From assembly GCA_913048465.1 (NCBI GenBank), contig CAJWVO010000006.1:2012-66011 (forward strand): 64,000 nucleotides of DNA. The letters are read 5' to 3'. Position 1 is the stretch's first letter. Each line of letters opens with the position of its first letter. Positions 11,536-22,700 of the stretch are shown in pieces. Under the pieces are notes generated by a model. That model was not told where the DNA came from and did no database searches. It saw nothing but the letters and a program-made list of their open reading frames with translations. Position numbers and translations under genes: made by a program. This DNA is from an uncultured Nitrosomonadales bacterium (GTDB lineage: Bacteria > Pseudomonadota > Gammaproteobacteria > Burkholderiales > Methylophilaceae).

Positions 11536-12450
11536 TTAAACTTTCCCAATAAGAAGATATTCTAGTAAAGCTTTTTGAACATGCAAACGATTTTCTGCCT
11601 CATCCCAAACCACAGACTTAGGTCCATCAATAACATCAGATGTAACCTCCTCTCCTCTGTGCGCCGGCAAACAATGCATGAACAAAGAATCTTTTGCTGA
11701 GACATCCATCATTTCTTGATCAACTTGCCAATCTGCAAAAACTGATTTTCTTTCTGACTGCTCTGCCTCGTACCCCATACTTGTCCATACATCTGTAGTC
11801 ACAAGATGTGCATTTTTAGCTGCGTCCATAGGATTTTCAAATTGTTCAAAATGAGAATCATCGTATAAGCCGGCTCTCTCAACCTCAACCTCATATCCTT
11901 TTGGGGTTGAAACATGCATATTAAAATCTAACAACTCTGCAGCTTGTAACCAGGTATTGCAAACATTATTAGAATCCCCAATCCAGGCGACTGTTTTTCC
12001 CTCAATTGAGCCTCTATGCTCAATAAAAGTAAATATATCCGCCAAAATTTGACAAGGATGGTACTCGTTCGTCAGACCATTGATCACAGGAACCCTAGAG
12101 TTCTGAGCAAACCTTTCAATAATTTCCTGCTCAAAAGTCCTAATCATGACGACATCACTCATTCTGGAAATAACTTGAGCTGCATCCTCAACAGGCTCTC
12201 CCCTTCCTAGTTGAGAATCTTTTGTGTTTAAGTAAATAGCGGCACCGCCGAGTTGATGCATACCTGACTCAAAAGATAATCTTGTTCTAGTGCTGGCTTT
12301 TTCAAAAATCATTACCAGAGTTCTATCTTCAAGCGGCCAGTGTTTTTGATACTCTTTAAATTGTTTTTTTAACCATTTTGCTCGATCGAATAAGTAATAT
12401 ATTTCGTCTTTTGTAAGGTCATTAAATTGTAAAAAGTGTTTAATCGTCAT
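11536..12450 (-). CDS. argF: Ornithine carbamoyltransferase
   Basis: [32 protein letters not shown]. Confidence 0.98.
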   Translation of the reverse strand: MTIKHFLQFNDLTKDEIYYLFDRAKWLKKQFKEYQKHWPLEDRTLVMIFEKASTRTRLSFESGMHQLGGAAIYLNTKDSQLGRGEPVEDAAQVISRMSDVVMIRTFEQEIIERFAQNSRVPVINGLTNEYHPCQILADIFTFIEHRGSIEGKTVAWIGDSNNVCNTWLQAAELLDFNMHVSTPKGYEVEVERAGLYDDSHFEQFENPMDAAKNAHLVTTDVWTSMGYEAEQSERKSVFADWQVDQEMMDVSAKDSLFMHCLPAHRGEEVTSDVIDGPKSVVWDEAENRLHVQKALLEYLLIGKV

Positions 12451-13643
12451 ACTTTATTTTCTTTCAAATAATCCTTTAGCATCAATATTAAATTTGATAC
12501 CAAAAATTCTGACTCATCATCATTGATAACTAAAGGAGGAACAATTCTTATGACATTTCCAGATGTCACGCTGATCAGTAAATTATATTTTAAAGCAAGC
12601 GTCATCAGCTCTGGACAATCATGACCAAGCTCAATGCCAATCATTAAGCCTTGTTGCCTAACGTCAATTACAAAATCTAAAGATTTTGTTTGCTCTCTCA
12701 CAACATGAGCAATTTTTGAGCCTTGGATTGTTGCGTTTAAATAGAGCTTTTCTTGATCCAAAACATCAAGAGTTAAATTACCTGCACGACATGCTAAGGG
12801 ATTTCCACCAAATGTTGAGCCGTGCTGTCCAGGTTTAATGATATTTGTTATTTTTTCGTTTACTAAAGTGGCGCCAATAGGAACCCCTGAACCAAGACCT
12901 TTTGCGCTAGTTAGAACATCAGGCTTGCTATCTGAATACTGAAAAGCATACAATCGTCCAGTTCGGCCCACACCTGTCTGGACTTCGTCTAACATGAAAA
13001 GCCATTCATTTTGATCACATATTTTTCTTAAATCATTTAGATAAGATGAAAGATTTTTTGGTAGCCTTATCCCTCCCTCACCCTGAATTGGCTCCACTAA
13101 AATAGCAACAACATTTTTATTTTGATCAGCAATTTTTTTTATAGAATCTAAATCATCAAAGGGAACTCGGATAAACCCTTTTAAAAGTGGCTCAAAGCCA
13201 GCTTGAACTTTTCTGCTTCCAGTGGCAGATAAAGTTGCCATGGTTCTACCATGGAAAGAATTCTCCATCACAATAATTTGTGGATCTGTAACTTTTTTAG
13301 AATTGGCAAATAGTCTTGCAAACTTGATAGCAGCTTCATTTGCCTCACAACCAGTATTGGAGAAAAATACTGCGCTCATACCTGTCATTGTGACAAGTCT
13401 TTCCGCCAGTTTTTCTTGTTCACTTATATTTACATAATTAGACAAATGAATGCATTGATCAAGTTGATCTTTTAGTCCCGATATAAAATACGGATGAGTA
13501 TGGCCTATAGTATTAACGGCAACGCCTGCTAAGGCATCAAGGTATTTATTTCCTTGTTCATCAAACAGCCAGACACCCTCCCCTTTTTCAAAGGAAATAG
13601 GGAGTCTTCCATATGTATTTAATATTGAGTAGTTTGATTCCAT
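12447..13643 (-). CDS. argD: Acetylornithine aminotransferase (class III PLP)
   Basis: SFHGRT, DEVQTGVGRTG, AKGLGSGVPIGA, HGSTFGGNPLA; upstream of argF. Confidence 0.95.
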   Translation of the reverse strand: MESNYSILNTYGRLPISFEKGEGVWLFDEQGNKYLDALAGVAVNTIGHTHPYFISGLKDQLDQCIHLSNYVNISEQEKLAERLVTMTGMSAVFFSNTGCEANEAAIKFARLFANSKKVTDPQIIVMENSFHGRTMATLSATGSRKVQAGFEPLLKGFIRVPFDDLDSIKKIADQNKNVVAILVEPIQGEGGIRLPKNLSSYLNDLRKICDQNEWLFMLDEVQTGVGRTGRLYAFQYSDSKPDVLTSAKGLGSGVPIGATLVNEKITNIIKPGQHGSTFGGNPLACRAGNLTLDVLDQEKLYLNATIQGSKIAHVVREQTKSLDFVIDVRQQGLMIGIELGHDCPELMTLALKYNLLISVTSGNVIRIVPPLVINDDESEFLVSNLILMLKDYLKENKV

Positions 13644-13650
13644 CTAGAAT

Positions 13651-13680
13651 AAAAAACGGCGGCTAGAGCCACCGATTTTT
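13651..13680 (-). terminator. Rho-independent terminator
   Basis: Minus strand CGGTGGCT-CT-AGCCGCCG stem followed by TTTTTT, about 25 nt after the stop of the 165-aa gene; a T-run on the other side makes it possibly bidirectional. Confidence 0.85.
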
Positions 13681-13700
13681 ATTTGGTTTTTAAAAATAAA

Positions 13701-14198
13701 TTATAAACCAATTAAATGTTTATGTGTTAGGCCATTTGCCATAAAGAAAAACATTGGAATAGAGAGCATTGTGTTAGTTCTTGACGCTAAAAAGGCGATT
13801 CTTCTAGCAGCAGTTTTTTCTGCATCACTTGCAGGTTTTAAACCAAGAATTTTTTGTTGGTTTGGCCAAATAAGTACCCATACATTAAATAACATGATAG
13901 TACCCAACCATGCTCCTAAGCCAATTCCTTGATATCCATTTGAAAGAGTAAAAGCTGAAGCAAAATTTCCACCTAATAGAGCAGCGCCAGCAATCCATGT
14001 TGCTAGTGCAGCCCATCGGAACCACAATAATGCTAGTGGAGCAACATGTTTAGTTATACCAGCCGCTGTTCCGTCAGCATTAGCTTCTTTTAATGCTGGA
14101 ACTTGTACAAAATTAAAATAATAGAGCAAGCCAATCCAAGTAACACCAACTACAACATGAATAAACTTAACTAAAGGGTATATATATTCGTATTCCAT
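13701..14198 (-). CDS. Urate_ox_N (COG3748/PuuD N-terminal-like) integral membrane protein, stand-alone
   Basis: FIHVVVGVTWIGLLYYFNFVQ, LLWFRWAALATW, IMLFNVWVLIWPNQQKILG, SRTNTMLSIPM motifs; GGAG RBS; no CxxCH. Confidence 0.75.
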   Translation of the reverse strand: MEYEYIYPLVKFIHVVVGVTWIGLLYYFNFVQVPALKEANADGTAAGITKHVAPLALLWFRWAALATWIAGAALLGGNFASAFTLSNGYQGIGLGAWLGTIMLFNVWVLIWPNQQKILGLKPASDAEKTAARRIAFLASRTNTMLSIPMFFFMANGLTHKHLIGL

Positions 14199-14237
14199 TT
14201 AAATCTCCAAAATAACTTTCAATATGTAATCAAAAAC

Positions 14238-14330
14238 TTAAAAAAAAGTTTTCAAAAGATAAACAAAAACAATAGTCAGTATTACTCCAGCAACTAGTGT
14301 ACCTAGAATTGAATCTAACGGATTTTTCAT
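14238..14330 (-). CDS. Small single-pass membrane protein (30 aa), absent from ORF track
   Basis: MKNPLDSILGTLVAGVILTIVFVYLLKTFF*; SD AGAGGA at 14344-14339; downstream of a strong promoter. Confidence 0.75.
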   Translation of the reverse strand: MKNPLDSILGTLVAGVILTIVFVYLLKTFF

Positions 14331-14357
14331 AAAAATTTTCCTCTAAATTTTAAGAAT

Positions 14358-14385
14358 AGACTATATTATTTACCAACATTGTCAA
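14358..14385 (-). promoter_or_regulatory. Sigma70-type promoter for the small ORF / Urate_ox_N operon
   Basis: Perfect TTGACA (14385-14380), 16 nt spacer, TAGTCT (14363-14358). Confidence 0.65.
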
Positions 14386-15278
14386 GATTGATAAAAATTT
14401 CATTACTAACTGTGAAAAAAATACCTTCAAAATATAAAAGTTTTAGATGGATGTTATTGGCGACATTTTCATTTAGCATAATGGGATTATGCGTGAAATT
14501 AAACTCGTCTTTATTTAACGAGTATGAATTAATTTTTTATCGTTCGTTTGTGAGTCTAATAATCATTGTTGTGTTGATGAAAAAAAATAACATTACAATT
14601 AAAACGAAATATGCATGGTTTCATTTCTTAAGATCCTTTATAGGATTTCTTAGTCTTTTATTATTCTTTTATGCTATTACTAAACTACCCCTTAGCACAT
14701 CAATGACACTTAATTACACATCTCCGATTTTTTTAGGGCTATTGATTCCTTTTTTAATGAAACAAAAATTTAACAGCTCTAAACTATTTCTTCTATTAAT
14801 AGGTTTTTTAGGAATTGTATTTATTCTCAAACCCGTTCTTAATCACAACTGGTTTGCTGGTTTAGTGGGTGTTCTATCAGGATTCGGTGCGGCAATTGCT
14901 TATATTATGGTGGCGAAATTAGGTCAACTAAAAGAGCCAGATTTAAGAACAGTTTATTTTTTTACCTTGATATCATCAGTGTTATCTTTTGGTCTAATGT
15001 TAAAAGAGGATATCAATCCCATCACTTTTGACGTCAGTTTGATTTATTTATTGCTCTTAGGGGTTAGTGCAACCATTGCTCAAATTGCTATCACAAAAGC
15101 TTACCGTGAAGGTAAAACTATAAATAATGCTGCTTATTCTTATATGACGGTAATCTTTTCAGTGGGATGGGGAGTATGGATATTTCAGGAAAATCTCGAT
15201 TGGCTTACTTTAATGGGAATCTTACTGATTTTTTTAGCTGGCGCATTTATCAACAAAACTAAATTAAGGCTCAAGTAA
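14379..15278 (+). CDS. DMT/EamA family transporter
   Basis: About 10 TM helices, FYRSFVS and LRSFIGF repeats, TLNYTSPIF; true start may be GTG 14412 or ATG 14451. Confidence 0.9.
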   Translation: MSRLIKISLLTVKKIPSKYKSFRWMLLATFSFSIMGLCVKLNSSLFNEYELIFYRSFVSLIIIVVLMKKNNITIKTKYAWFHFLRSFIGFLSLLLFFYAITKLPLSTSMTLNYTSPIFLGLLIPFLMKQKFNSSKLFLLLIGFLGIVFILKPVLNHNWFAGLVGVLSGFGAAIAYIMVAKLGQLKEPDLRTVYFFTLISSVLSFGLMLKEDINPITFDVSLIYLLLLGVSATIAQIAITKAYREGKTINNAAYSYMTVIFSVGWGVWIFQENLDWLTLMGILLIFLAGAFINKTKLRLK

Positions 15279-15902
15279 TCCACACCGGATTGCAATAAGA
15301 GCTATTTCCGCTGAGTTATTCGCATTTAATTTTTGTTTGATGTTGTAGAGATGTGTTCCGACAGTACGCGGACTTAAGCACATAGTATCCGCAATCTCGT
15401 TAGTGCTTTTACCTTTAGCCAGTGATATGAATACTTCAAACTCACGGTCTGATAACACTTCAGTGGGATCATTTTCTCCAGATAATTGGGTAATAGCTAA
15501 TTGTTGAGCAACGGAAGATTCGATGTATTTTTTCCTACTTCCTACAGTTCTGATTGCATTAATGAGTTCCTCTGCGGCACTTCTTTTTGTTAAATAACCA
15601 ATTGCGCCAGCACTTAGAACTCTCTTTGGATGGACGGAATCTTCATGCGCCGATAGCACCAGTATTTTTGCATTTTTATCTTTTGCTATTATTCTCTCAA
15701 TTGCCTCAAGACCTCCAATGCCAGGCATGGTGATGTCCATCACTATTACATCTGGTTTAATTTCTTGGAATTTCTTAATGCCCTCTTCACCTGTTTCGGC
15801 TTCAGCAATTACCTGCATATCTTTTTCACTGTCGATAAGCATTTTAAAACCCATCCTAACTACAGAGTGATCATCTACTAAGAGTACATTTAAATTTGAC
15901 AT
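15264..15902 (-). CDS. NarL/LuxR-family response regulator (MoxX/MxcE-like)
   Basis: LLVDDH...VMDITMPG receiver; LSDREFEV...LSPRTVGTH HTH. Confidence 0.92.
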   Translation of the reverse strand: MSNLNVLLVDDHSVVRMGFKMLIDSEKDMQVIAEAETGEEGIKKFQEIKPDVIVMDITMPGIGGLEAIERIIAKDKNAKILVLSAHEDSVHPKRVLSAGAIGYLTKRSAAEELINAIRTVGSRKKYIESSVAQQLAITQLSGENDPTEVLSDREFEVFISLAKGKSTNEIADTMCLSPRTVGTHLYNIKQKLNANNSAEIALIAIRCGLLEP

Positions 15903-15908
15903 AAAATC

Positions 15909-17612
15909 CTATCTTTTCTTTATTGGAATTAAACCAGAAATTATTGTGCCATTTTCATCAGATTGTAACTCAAATTTTCCATTTAGGCCTTGAATTCTTT
16001 CTCTCATCCCAACAATTCCAAATTGCTTAGAGGATTTCAACATCTTTGTATCAAATCCCTTACCATTATCACTAAAAGAAATTTTTAAAATCTTTTTATC
16101 CGCCATTAAATTAATATTTACTTCAGAAGCATCTGCATGTTTTAAGCAATTGTTCATGCCCTCTTGTATGATTCTGTAAATATTGATGCTTATCTTCTCA
16201 GATAAATTCTCAACTTTATTGTGTTTAAAAATTATTTTCATTGCAGGGTATTGTTTTTGCCAAACTCCAACTAAATCATTGATTGTTTCAACCAATCCAA
16301 GATTGTCTAATGAGCCAGGTCTTAATTTACGAATGATATTATGCATGCCATCATATATTTGATTAGCAGCCGATGTTACAGACTCGGCACTTGTTGCTAT
16401 CAACTCATTCTCTTTGGCTTGATTTTTAATATTTTGCGTGAAAATTTTTATGGCAGAAACATACTGACCAAGTTCGTCGTGAAGTTCTCGAGCCAGACTT
16501 CTTCTTTCGTCCTCAATTTTTTCCTGAATAATCCCAGTCAATTTTCTGTTCTGGTCTAAAGCTTTCTTTGATCTTTCTGCTTTTAATTTTTCAGATATGT
16601 CCCTCATGCTAACAATATCGCCAATCACTTCTTTTTTATCGGGATCGTATAAAGGAGAAATTGAAATGGATACGTCTATAATTTTTTTAGATTTGGTAAT
16701 ACGTCTGGTATCGAGGTTTTGAATTTTTTTATTCTTGTGCGTGTAGGATAGATTTGATTTAAGTTCACCCAATTTATTTTTTGGAACAATCAATTTAACT
16801 GACTTACCCAGAACTTCTTTTTTTTTGAAACCAAACATAATCTCAGCAGAATGATTCCAAAAATTAATTTTTTGATCTGCATCTAAGATCATTATAGCAT
16901 CGGCTGTCTGTTGAGATATCAAGGCTAATATTTTATTTTCATTTAAAAATTTTTCTAAAGACTGCCCCATCTTGTTGAAGTTTGTAGCGATTTTTTGAAA
17001 ATCTGGAACATCAAATTTTGGCAACCGTGTTTTTAGATTACCCTGGCCAAAATCCTCTATCCCCTTTAACAATGGGTTGATTGAGGATAGCCATCTTCCC
17101 AACAACATATAAATAAAAATGTTCATTATTAGAAATATAATCATTGAAATATACATAAAGCTTCTTGTGTGATACCAGGCCTCCCTGATTGCACCTTCAG
17201 GGGCGGACTCAACGATCAACCTTCCGTATCTAATAATCTTTGCATTTAATTCTTGTGGTGGGGTCATGTAATTTTTAAACCATTTTGGTGGATTTATCTC
17301 TTGACGGTAGGTCGATTCTGGAGATTGATATAGTAAGTGGTTGTTTAAATCATAGAGCGAGATGATATTACTTCGAACATGCCCTAACTCAACAAGAAAA
17401 GGTTGAATCACCTGGTGTGTATAACCCCACTCTGGATTTTGTACGGAGCTAGTGATAAATGTATCTAATAATTGTAAAGTTACTCTGTGGGATGATTCCA
17501 CACCCTCCTCAATTGCTTTTTTTGATGATTTCATGAGCGTAATAGAAAGTCCGATCAAAAAAAGGATCATGATTAATGCAATTAATAAATTAAACCTTAC
17601 TCTTAAGCTCAT
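15909..17612 (-). CDS. Membrane sensor histidine kinase with periplasmic, HAMP, PAS and HisKA_3 domains (MoxY/MxcQ-like)
   Basis: Two TMs, PPKWF periplasmic motif, PAS (FWNHSAEIMFG), ERRSLARELHDELGQ, DNGKGF ATPase. Confidence 0.9.
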   Translation of the reverse strand: MSLRVRFNLLIALIMILFLIGLSITLMKSSKKAIEEGVESSHRVTLQLLDTFITSSVQNPEWGYTHQVIQPFLVELGHVRSNIISLYDLNNHLLYQSPESTYRQEINPPKWFKNYMTPPQELNAKIIRYGRLIVESAPEGAIREAWYHTRSFMYISMIIFLIMNIFIYMLLGRWLSSINPLLKGIEDFGQGNLKTRLPKFDVPDFQKIATNFNKMGQSLEKFLNENKILALISQQTADAIMILDADQKINFWNHSAEIMFGFKKKEVLGKSVKLIVPKNKLGELKSNLSYTHKNKKIQNLDTRRITKSKKIIDVSISISPLYDPDKKEVIGDIVSMRDISEKLKAERSKKALDQNRKLTGIIQEKIEDERRSLARELHDELGQYVSAIKIFTQNIKNQAKENELIATSAESVTSAANQIYDGMHNIIRKLRPGSLDNLGLVETINDLVGVWQKQYPAMKIIFKHNKVENLSEKISINIYRIIQEGMNNCLKHADASEVNINLMADKKILKISFSDNGKGFDTKMLKSSKQFGIVGMRERIQGLNGKFELQSDENGTIISGLIPIKKR

Positions 17613-17736
17613 AGCAAAATAAAAATTTGGGAAATCAAAAAAACACTTGTATTATAGTTTATAACAATGACAGCAATGTAGTTTTATAATTCACATCAAC
17701 ACACTTAATCTAACGAAATTCAAAAGGGAGGTTTGA

Positions 17737-19710
17737 ATGGCGATTGAATCAGTGATGCATGAAAATAGGGTCTTTAACCCGCCAAAAGTATTTAGTGAAA
17801 ATGCATATATTAAAAGTCTTGAAGAATACCAACAACTCTGCAATGCGGCAGAAGCAGACTATGAGTGTTATTGGGGTGATCTGGCAAAAGATTTAATAGA
17901 TTGGAAAAAGCCATTTACCAAAATTCTTAATGAAGATAATGCACCCTTTTATAGGTGGTTTGATGATGGTGAATTAAACGTTTCTTATAATTGTATTGAT
18001 CGACACCTTCCAAACAAAAAAGATAAAGTGGCAATTATTTTTGAATCAGATGATGGTCAAACAACTAAGGTCACCTATCAAGAACTATACAAAAAAGTTT
18101 GCCAATTTGCGAATGGCTTAAAAACCCTTAACTTAAATTTAGGTGATCGTGTCATTATTTACCTTCCCATGGGCATTGAAGCTGTTGTGGCTATGCAGGC
18201 TTGTGCACGAATTGGTTTAACACACTCTGTTGTTTTTGGTGGATTTTCTGCAAAAAGTATTCAAGAGCGAGTTATAGATGCTGGAGCAAAACTTGTCATC
18301 ACAGCCGACTATCAAAATAGAGGGGGTAAAGAGCTCCCACTAAAAATCGCTGTTGATGATGCCATTCTTCTAGGAGGTTGTGATTCGGTTGAAAAAGTTA
18401 TTGTTTTAAATCGAACTGGTAAACAAGCAGCTCTAAAAAAAAATGAAATTGATTGGCATTCATTATGTAAAAATCAAAAAGAAGAATGTGAGCCAGTGTG
18501 GGTAAATGCAGAGCATCCGCTCTTTCTTTTGTACACCTCAGGGTCAACAGGAAAGCCAAAAGGAGTTCAACATTCTTCTGGAGGCTATCTGCTTCATGCA
18601 ATCAACACCACCAAATGGACGTTTGATTTAAAAGATGATGACATTTTTTGGTGTACCGCGGACGTGGGTTGGATCACTGGTCATACTTATGTAGCCTATG
18701 GTCCATTAGCATTGGGTGGAACACAAATTATCTTCGAAGGAGTACCAACCTTCCCCAATGCAGGTCGTTTTTGGGAGATCGTACAAAAGTATAAAGCAAC
18801 AATCTTTTATACAGCGCCAACCGCCATAAGAGCATTGATAAAAGCCTCTGAGAGTAATTCGGCTGTTCATCCAAAGTCATTTGACTTAAGTTCATTAAGA
18901 ATTTTGGGAACAGTTGGGGAGCCAATTAACCCTGAAGCTTGGATGTGGTACTACGAAAATGTAGGCAATTCAAAATGTCCAATTGCTGATACCTTTTGGC
19001 AAACTGAAACTGGCGGGCATGTCATCACACCCCTTCCTGGCAGCACTCCCTTAGTTCCAGGTTCTTGTACACTCCCTTTTCCAGGAATTGCAATTGATGT
19101 AGTGGACGAGACTGGACAAAACCTAGAATGGGGGCAAGGTGGGCTGCTAGTAATAAAAAAACCATGGCCATCTATGATCCGAACAATATGGGGTGATCCA
19201 GAACGATTTAAAAATAGTTACTTCCCCAGTGAATTAGGTGGAAAATTATATTTGGCTGGTGATGGTGCGGTAAGAGATGCTGAATCAGGCTACTTTACTA
19301 TCATGGGTAGAATTGATGATGTGCTAAATGTTTCAGGTCATAGACTGGGAACAATGGAAATTGAATCTGCATTAGTTGCCAACGACTTGGTTGCTGAAGC
19401 AGCTGTTGTTGGAAGACCCCATGACGTTAAAGGTGAATCGATTATCGCCTTTGTCGTTTTAAAATCAGATCGACCAAATTCAGAGAAAGCGATAGAGATA
19501 GTCAATGAATTACGCGCATGGGTTGCTAATGAAATTGGACCTATTGCAAAACCTGATGAAATTAGATTCGGTGATAATTTACCTAAAACGAGATCCGGAA
19601 AAATCATGAGAAGATTACTTCGCTCAATTGCTAAAGACGAGGAAATCACCACAGATATTTCTACTCTGGAAAATCCTGCAATCCTGGATCAACTCAAGCA
19701 AAAAGTTTAA
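17737..19710 (+). CDS. acs: Acetyl-CoA synthetase
   Basis: [35 protein letters not shown]; SD GGGAGG. Confidence 0.98.
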   Translation: MAIESVMHENRVFNPPKVFSENAYIKSLEEYQQLCNAAEADYECYWGDLAKDLIDWKKPFTKILNEDNAPFYRWFDDGELNVSYNCIDRHLPNKKDKVAIIFESDDGQTTKVTYQELYKKVCQFANGLKTLNLNLGDRVIIYLPMGIEAVVAMQACARIGLTHSVVFGGFSAKSIQERVIDAGAKLVITADYQNRGGKELPLKIAVDDAILLGGCDSVEKVIVLNRTGKQAALKKNEIDWHSLCKNQKEECEPVWVNAEHPLFLLYTSGSTGKPKGVQHSSGGYLLHAINTTKWTFDLKDDDIFWCTADVGWITGHTYVAYGPLALGGTQIIFEGVPTFPNAGRFWEIVQKYKATIFYTAPTAIRALIKASESNSAVHPKSFDLSSLRILGTVGEPINPEAWMWYYENVGNSKCPIADTFWQTETGGHVITPLPGSTPLVPGSCTLPFPGIAIDVVDETGQNLEWGQGGLLVIKKPWPSMIRTIWGDPERFKNSYFPSELGGKLYLAGDGAVRDAESGYFTIMGRIDDVLNVSGHRLGTMEIESALVANDLVAEAAVVGRPHDVKGESIIAFVVLKSDRPNSEKAIEIVNELRAWVANEIGPIAKPDEIRFGDNLPKTRSGKIMRRLLRSIAKDEEITTDISTLENPAILDQLKQKV

Positions 19711-19719
19711 AATGTTTTA

Positions 19720-22700
19720 ATGCTAAAAAAAATTAATGCCGTTTTAAAATCCAAAAAGATAAAATATTTTTATTACGGCATTTTTTCATTAGTATCAATT
19801 CTCATTTTATCTGCTTCTATTGCCTACCATTTTTTCCTCATACCTAATGTAGAGAACTACAAACAAAATATTGAGAACTTTATCGCCAAAGAAACAGGTG
19901 GTGAGGTTTCAATTGATAAGCTCAATATTGTATGGAATGTCACAAACCCTCGGTTTCAGTTGCGAAATTTTTCTATTACAGACCGAGATAACAATAAGAC
20001 AATTAATTTAAATGCTATTGACTTTGAAATATCATGGCTTAGCGTACTCAAATTTGAGCCAATCTTAAATCAAATTATTATCGGCGATCTTGATATCTTG
20101 GTTGAGAGGACTGTAAATAATCAATTAAAAATTGCAGGAATTGAGATCATTGAATCAACTGAATCATCACTTTCAGATTGGCTTCTGAACCAACATGAAG
20201 TCAGATTAATCAATGGAAAAATAACTTGGAGAGATGAATATAGAGCTGCAAAAGATTTAATTATTAGTGGCATAAACCTAACCTATACAAGTCCTACATA
20301 CCTCACCTACCTAGATCGCCATAAATTTAATTTAAATGCATTAGTGTCAGAGGGAACAAAAGAAAGAGTCTATGTAAATGGATTCTTTGATTTGGATTCT
20401 ATTGATCACTTTGATCAAGTTAAAACAAAGGTGAAGGTAAATATTTCGCAAGCATTTTTACCGGCTTTTAAGCCATGGATTGAGTACCCCTTCGATGTCA
20501 AGCAAGGTTATGGTGATCTAAAACTAAACCTTGTATTTGTTAAGAATAAAATTCAAGAAATTAAAACATCTTTTAATGTAGATAATTACATTGGTAACTT
20601 TAATGACAATCAAGATAAGTACATTAATATTTCTGAATTATCTGGTAGTGCAATTTTTGACAACAATAATAATGTAAAAAAAATTGCCTCCACAAATTTA
20701 AACTTTAAAACAAATAATATTGATATCCAAAACAGTGCATTTGAAATCTTAGTTAAAGATAATATAGCGCAATCTTTTAAATTAAAATTAAATCAGTTGA
20801 ATATTGATGCAGCTGAATCAATTATTAATCAGACTCCATTTTTTGAAGAGTTAAAATCTTATCTTGACGACTATAGCCCCACAGGTGATATAAAAAATCT
20901 TCAATTATCATGGAAAAAAAACAAGGAACTTATAGCGGCTGGATCTCTAAACAATTTTGGTATTAATTCATATAATGAATTACCTGGGTTTAAGAATCTT
21001 ACAGCTAGCTTTGATATAAAAAATAATAGAGGTTTTCTGGATATTGCTAGTAAAAATATCTCTTTAATTCATGAAAATAAACTAAGAACAAATTTAACCT
21101 TCGATACTTTTAATGGTGTAATTAAGATTGATGAAGAAAATTATAAATTTACAAATGTATTACTTAATAACAAGGATCTAAATTTATTAACATCTGGAAC
21201 AGTCAATCTTAAAAATTTAAAACAACCAGATCTAGATCTAGCTATCACTTTATCCGTTCCAGACATCTCTAGAATAAAAAAATACTACCCAAAAAATACT
21301 GATCCAGATCTACTAAATTGGCTTGATACATCTTTGCTTGCAGGAAGTATTGAAAATACAAAGATCACTATTAAAGGTGAGCTTGATAAGCTCTTCGATA
21401 AAAATACAAATTCACATATTCAAATCACAGGCAATTACAATAATGCAAACATCGAGTACGCGACAGGTTATCCAGAGATTGAAAAGGCAAATATATTATT
21501 CAATCTTGATTCTAATATCCTTAGTTTATTGGCAAAAGATGGAATAGTTGCTGATCAGAATATTTCGTCATTAGAAGTCATATCTGACTTGTCTAAAGCA
21601 GATTTAATGATAAATACGCATTGGATTACCAGTGGGGGCACTAATAGTTTAATTCAGGCCATGAATAACTCACCTTTATACGAGGATACTCAGGAATTCA
21701 CAAATCAGCTGATTACGAATGGAAATGCAATACTTAACCTTAAAATTAATTTCCCAATCACGAATCCAGATGAAATTAACTTTGAAGCAAAATATGAGCT
21801 GAATGATGTAGTCATACAAAATCCAAGAATAGGTCTTCCGCAAATAAAGAATCTAAATGGAATTCTCAATATTAAACCAAATTTTTATGAGCTTAAAAAT
21901 GCATCAGGATCGGTTTTTGAAATGCCGATAAATATCGATGTTCTGAATGAAGATGATGTAACCAAAATTAATGCTACCGGAAAAATTGATGAAACATTTT
22001 TTATAAATAATTTAGGATCAGGTTGGGCCAATAAGGTCCTAGGGTCTGCAGAGTGGATTTTAAAATCTAATATTACTGAACAATCAAATTCCTTGTCTTT
22101 AGAAACTGATTTAAAAGGAATAGAAATTAATGGGCCCCATCCTTTAAATAAAAAACAGGATGAGGTAAAAATCTTGTCCATTGTTAAAAAACCATCAAAG
22201 AATAACTTAACAAACTATGTTATGAGGCTAGAAAATGATATCAACGGAAAGATTTACATGAACAAAAATGGTTGGTCTGGTCAGATAAATATTCTATCAA
22301 ATGAAGTGTTCCAAGACAGGAACGGAATATCAATTTTTGCAAACTTCAAAGATGTTGACCTGGATGATTTTTCATTACTATTTAATTTGAAATCAGATAA
22401 TAATCAAGAAACATTTAGGATTGGTAAGTCAAAACTAAATTTTGAAAAATTAGTTGTAAATGGTTTCAACCTTCATCGATTGGAAACAATTGTTTTTCCA
22501 TCCAATAATAATCTTAAAGTTTCCTTATATTCAAACGAAATAAAAGGAAATGCATTATGGGATAACAACGAAAGAAAATTAACAGGTAGATTTAATAAAT
22601 TTATCATTTCAAAAGATAAACAAATAGGTAAATTAAATGACGATGATGATTTACCGACCACAGCACAGCCAGTATCAATTGATTTAATGATTGATGAAGT

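Noticed and set aside
17613-17736. Specific regulator binding site in the kinase/acs intergenic region (CAATG repeats)
   Set aside because: Repeats are too short to distinguish from chance; only TATAAT hexamers on both strands are evident
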